The position numbers were made by a program, and so were the translations under genes. From contig CM060732.1 in assembly GCA_030704615.1 (NCBI GenBank), forward strand, positions 64,108,001 through 64,172,000: a stretch of DNA of 64,000 bases, written 5' to 3'. The stretch is from Takakia lepidozioides. Lineage: Eukaryota; Plantae; Bryophyta. The notes beneath the pieces are model-generated. The model did no database searches. It was not told where the DNA came from and was given only the letters and a program-made list of their open reading frames with translations. Shown one piece after another: positions 63,366 through 64,000 of this stretch. Numbering within the stretch: position 1 is the stretch's first letter; every line of letters starts with the position of its first letter.

Positions 63366-64000
63366 CCGGATACTGCCACACAATAGGTGTGGTATCCAAT
63401 GGTGACAACTGAGGTGGTCCTAGTGCAATACCCGCACTCTCCTCCTCTCCTGACGGTACAAAAGCCTCTACCCAGGCTTGTTGCACCCGTTGATCAGCAA
63501 CCTACTGCAAATCCTTGCTCGTACCCCACAATGGAGTGTGAGCAACCATGGCAGGCAACTCCGCCATACCATGCATGTCATCCTGCTCTGTTGGAGGTGG
63601 CACATCCTCTGCATGGGCATTGCCTTCCAGCAACTCTCCAGGCCAACTAACTGCAGCTGTAAAGGCGGCTAGTGTTGGCATCTTGCCCCGTTGGGCAGCC
63701 GCAATACCCCCAATGAATGTCACAGGGAGCTGTGCACGACAACCATCCCCTGATTGCCATCCAGGCCTGTAGGATGCTGACTCCTCCCAAAAGTCCAGGA
63801 TGAAGCCCATGGGATATAACACTGCCCCACCAATGAGGACATCATAAGAGACCGCGTCTGTCACAATGGCCTTGGCTCGCATCATTGAGCCATCTATAGG
63901 ATGATCCGGCTGCAGTCTAATGGCCAACTGATGTCATGTCATGCCCCGAGCCGGCTTTGATCCTCCCAGAGATGTTTGTATCTGGAAAGGACAAGGCTTC

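Larger units (their letters stand above)
58552..64000 (-). mobile_element. Ty3/gypsy retrotransposon with pol order PR - C5 DNA methyltransferase - RT - RNase H - integrase - PHD (continues beyond the window)
   Basis: Protease tail YDVLIGG (63502-63927), DNMT, RT YIDD and RNase H HTDWS (60268-61950), integrase, PHD. The terminal ...GCACGACA at 58552 is homologous to the 28331/28764 repeat. Several in-frame stops and one or more frameshifts. Confidence 0.93.

Overview
Eukaryotic, most likely plant (non-seed streptophyte is my guess), transposon-dense DNA. I found no intact host gene; everything is nested mobile DNA. The main discovery is a ~14.7 kb Mutator-like element (1603-16323, degenerate TIRs, candidate 9-bp TSD ACCTGGGTC) with two divergent genes. 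One is a GCM-domain/MULE-DDE/SWIM transposase (+). The other is a ~10-exon gene (-) that fuses a ParB/Srx-like domain (DGNHR) to a prokaryote-type beta-class N4C/N6A DNA methyltransferase fold. This second gene is bracketed by arrays of a 22-bp palindrome, GGAAATGCGG-YR-CCGCATTTCC. Site spacings are almost all multiples of ~10.5 bp, with a strict 53-bp period over ~33 units, and single copies sit in three introns. Also present: (1) two diverged, oppositely oriented copies of a module made of hairpin array, intronless kinase, 120-bp repeats, intronless RING-H2 gene and hairpin array; (2) a 2.4-kb solo LTR that splits one RING finger; (3) a full-length Ty3/gypsy element with a large extra 3' ORF, inserted into an En/Spm TnpA-like gene; (4) a hAT element interrupted by a Ty3/gypsy element whose pol carries a C5 cytosine methyltransferase and a C-terminal PHD finger, plus a truncated relative of that element; (5) three adjacent foldback sequences. 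All domain calls come from motif recognition by eye. No database searches were run.
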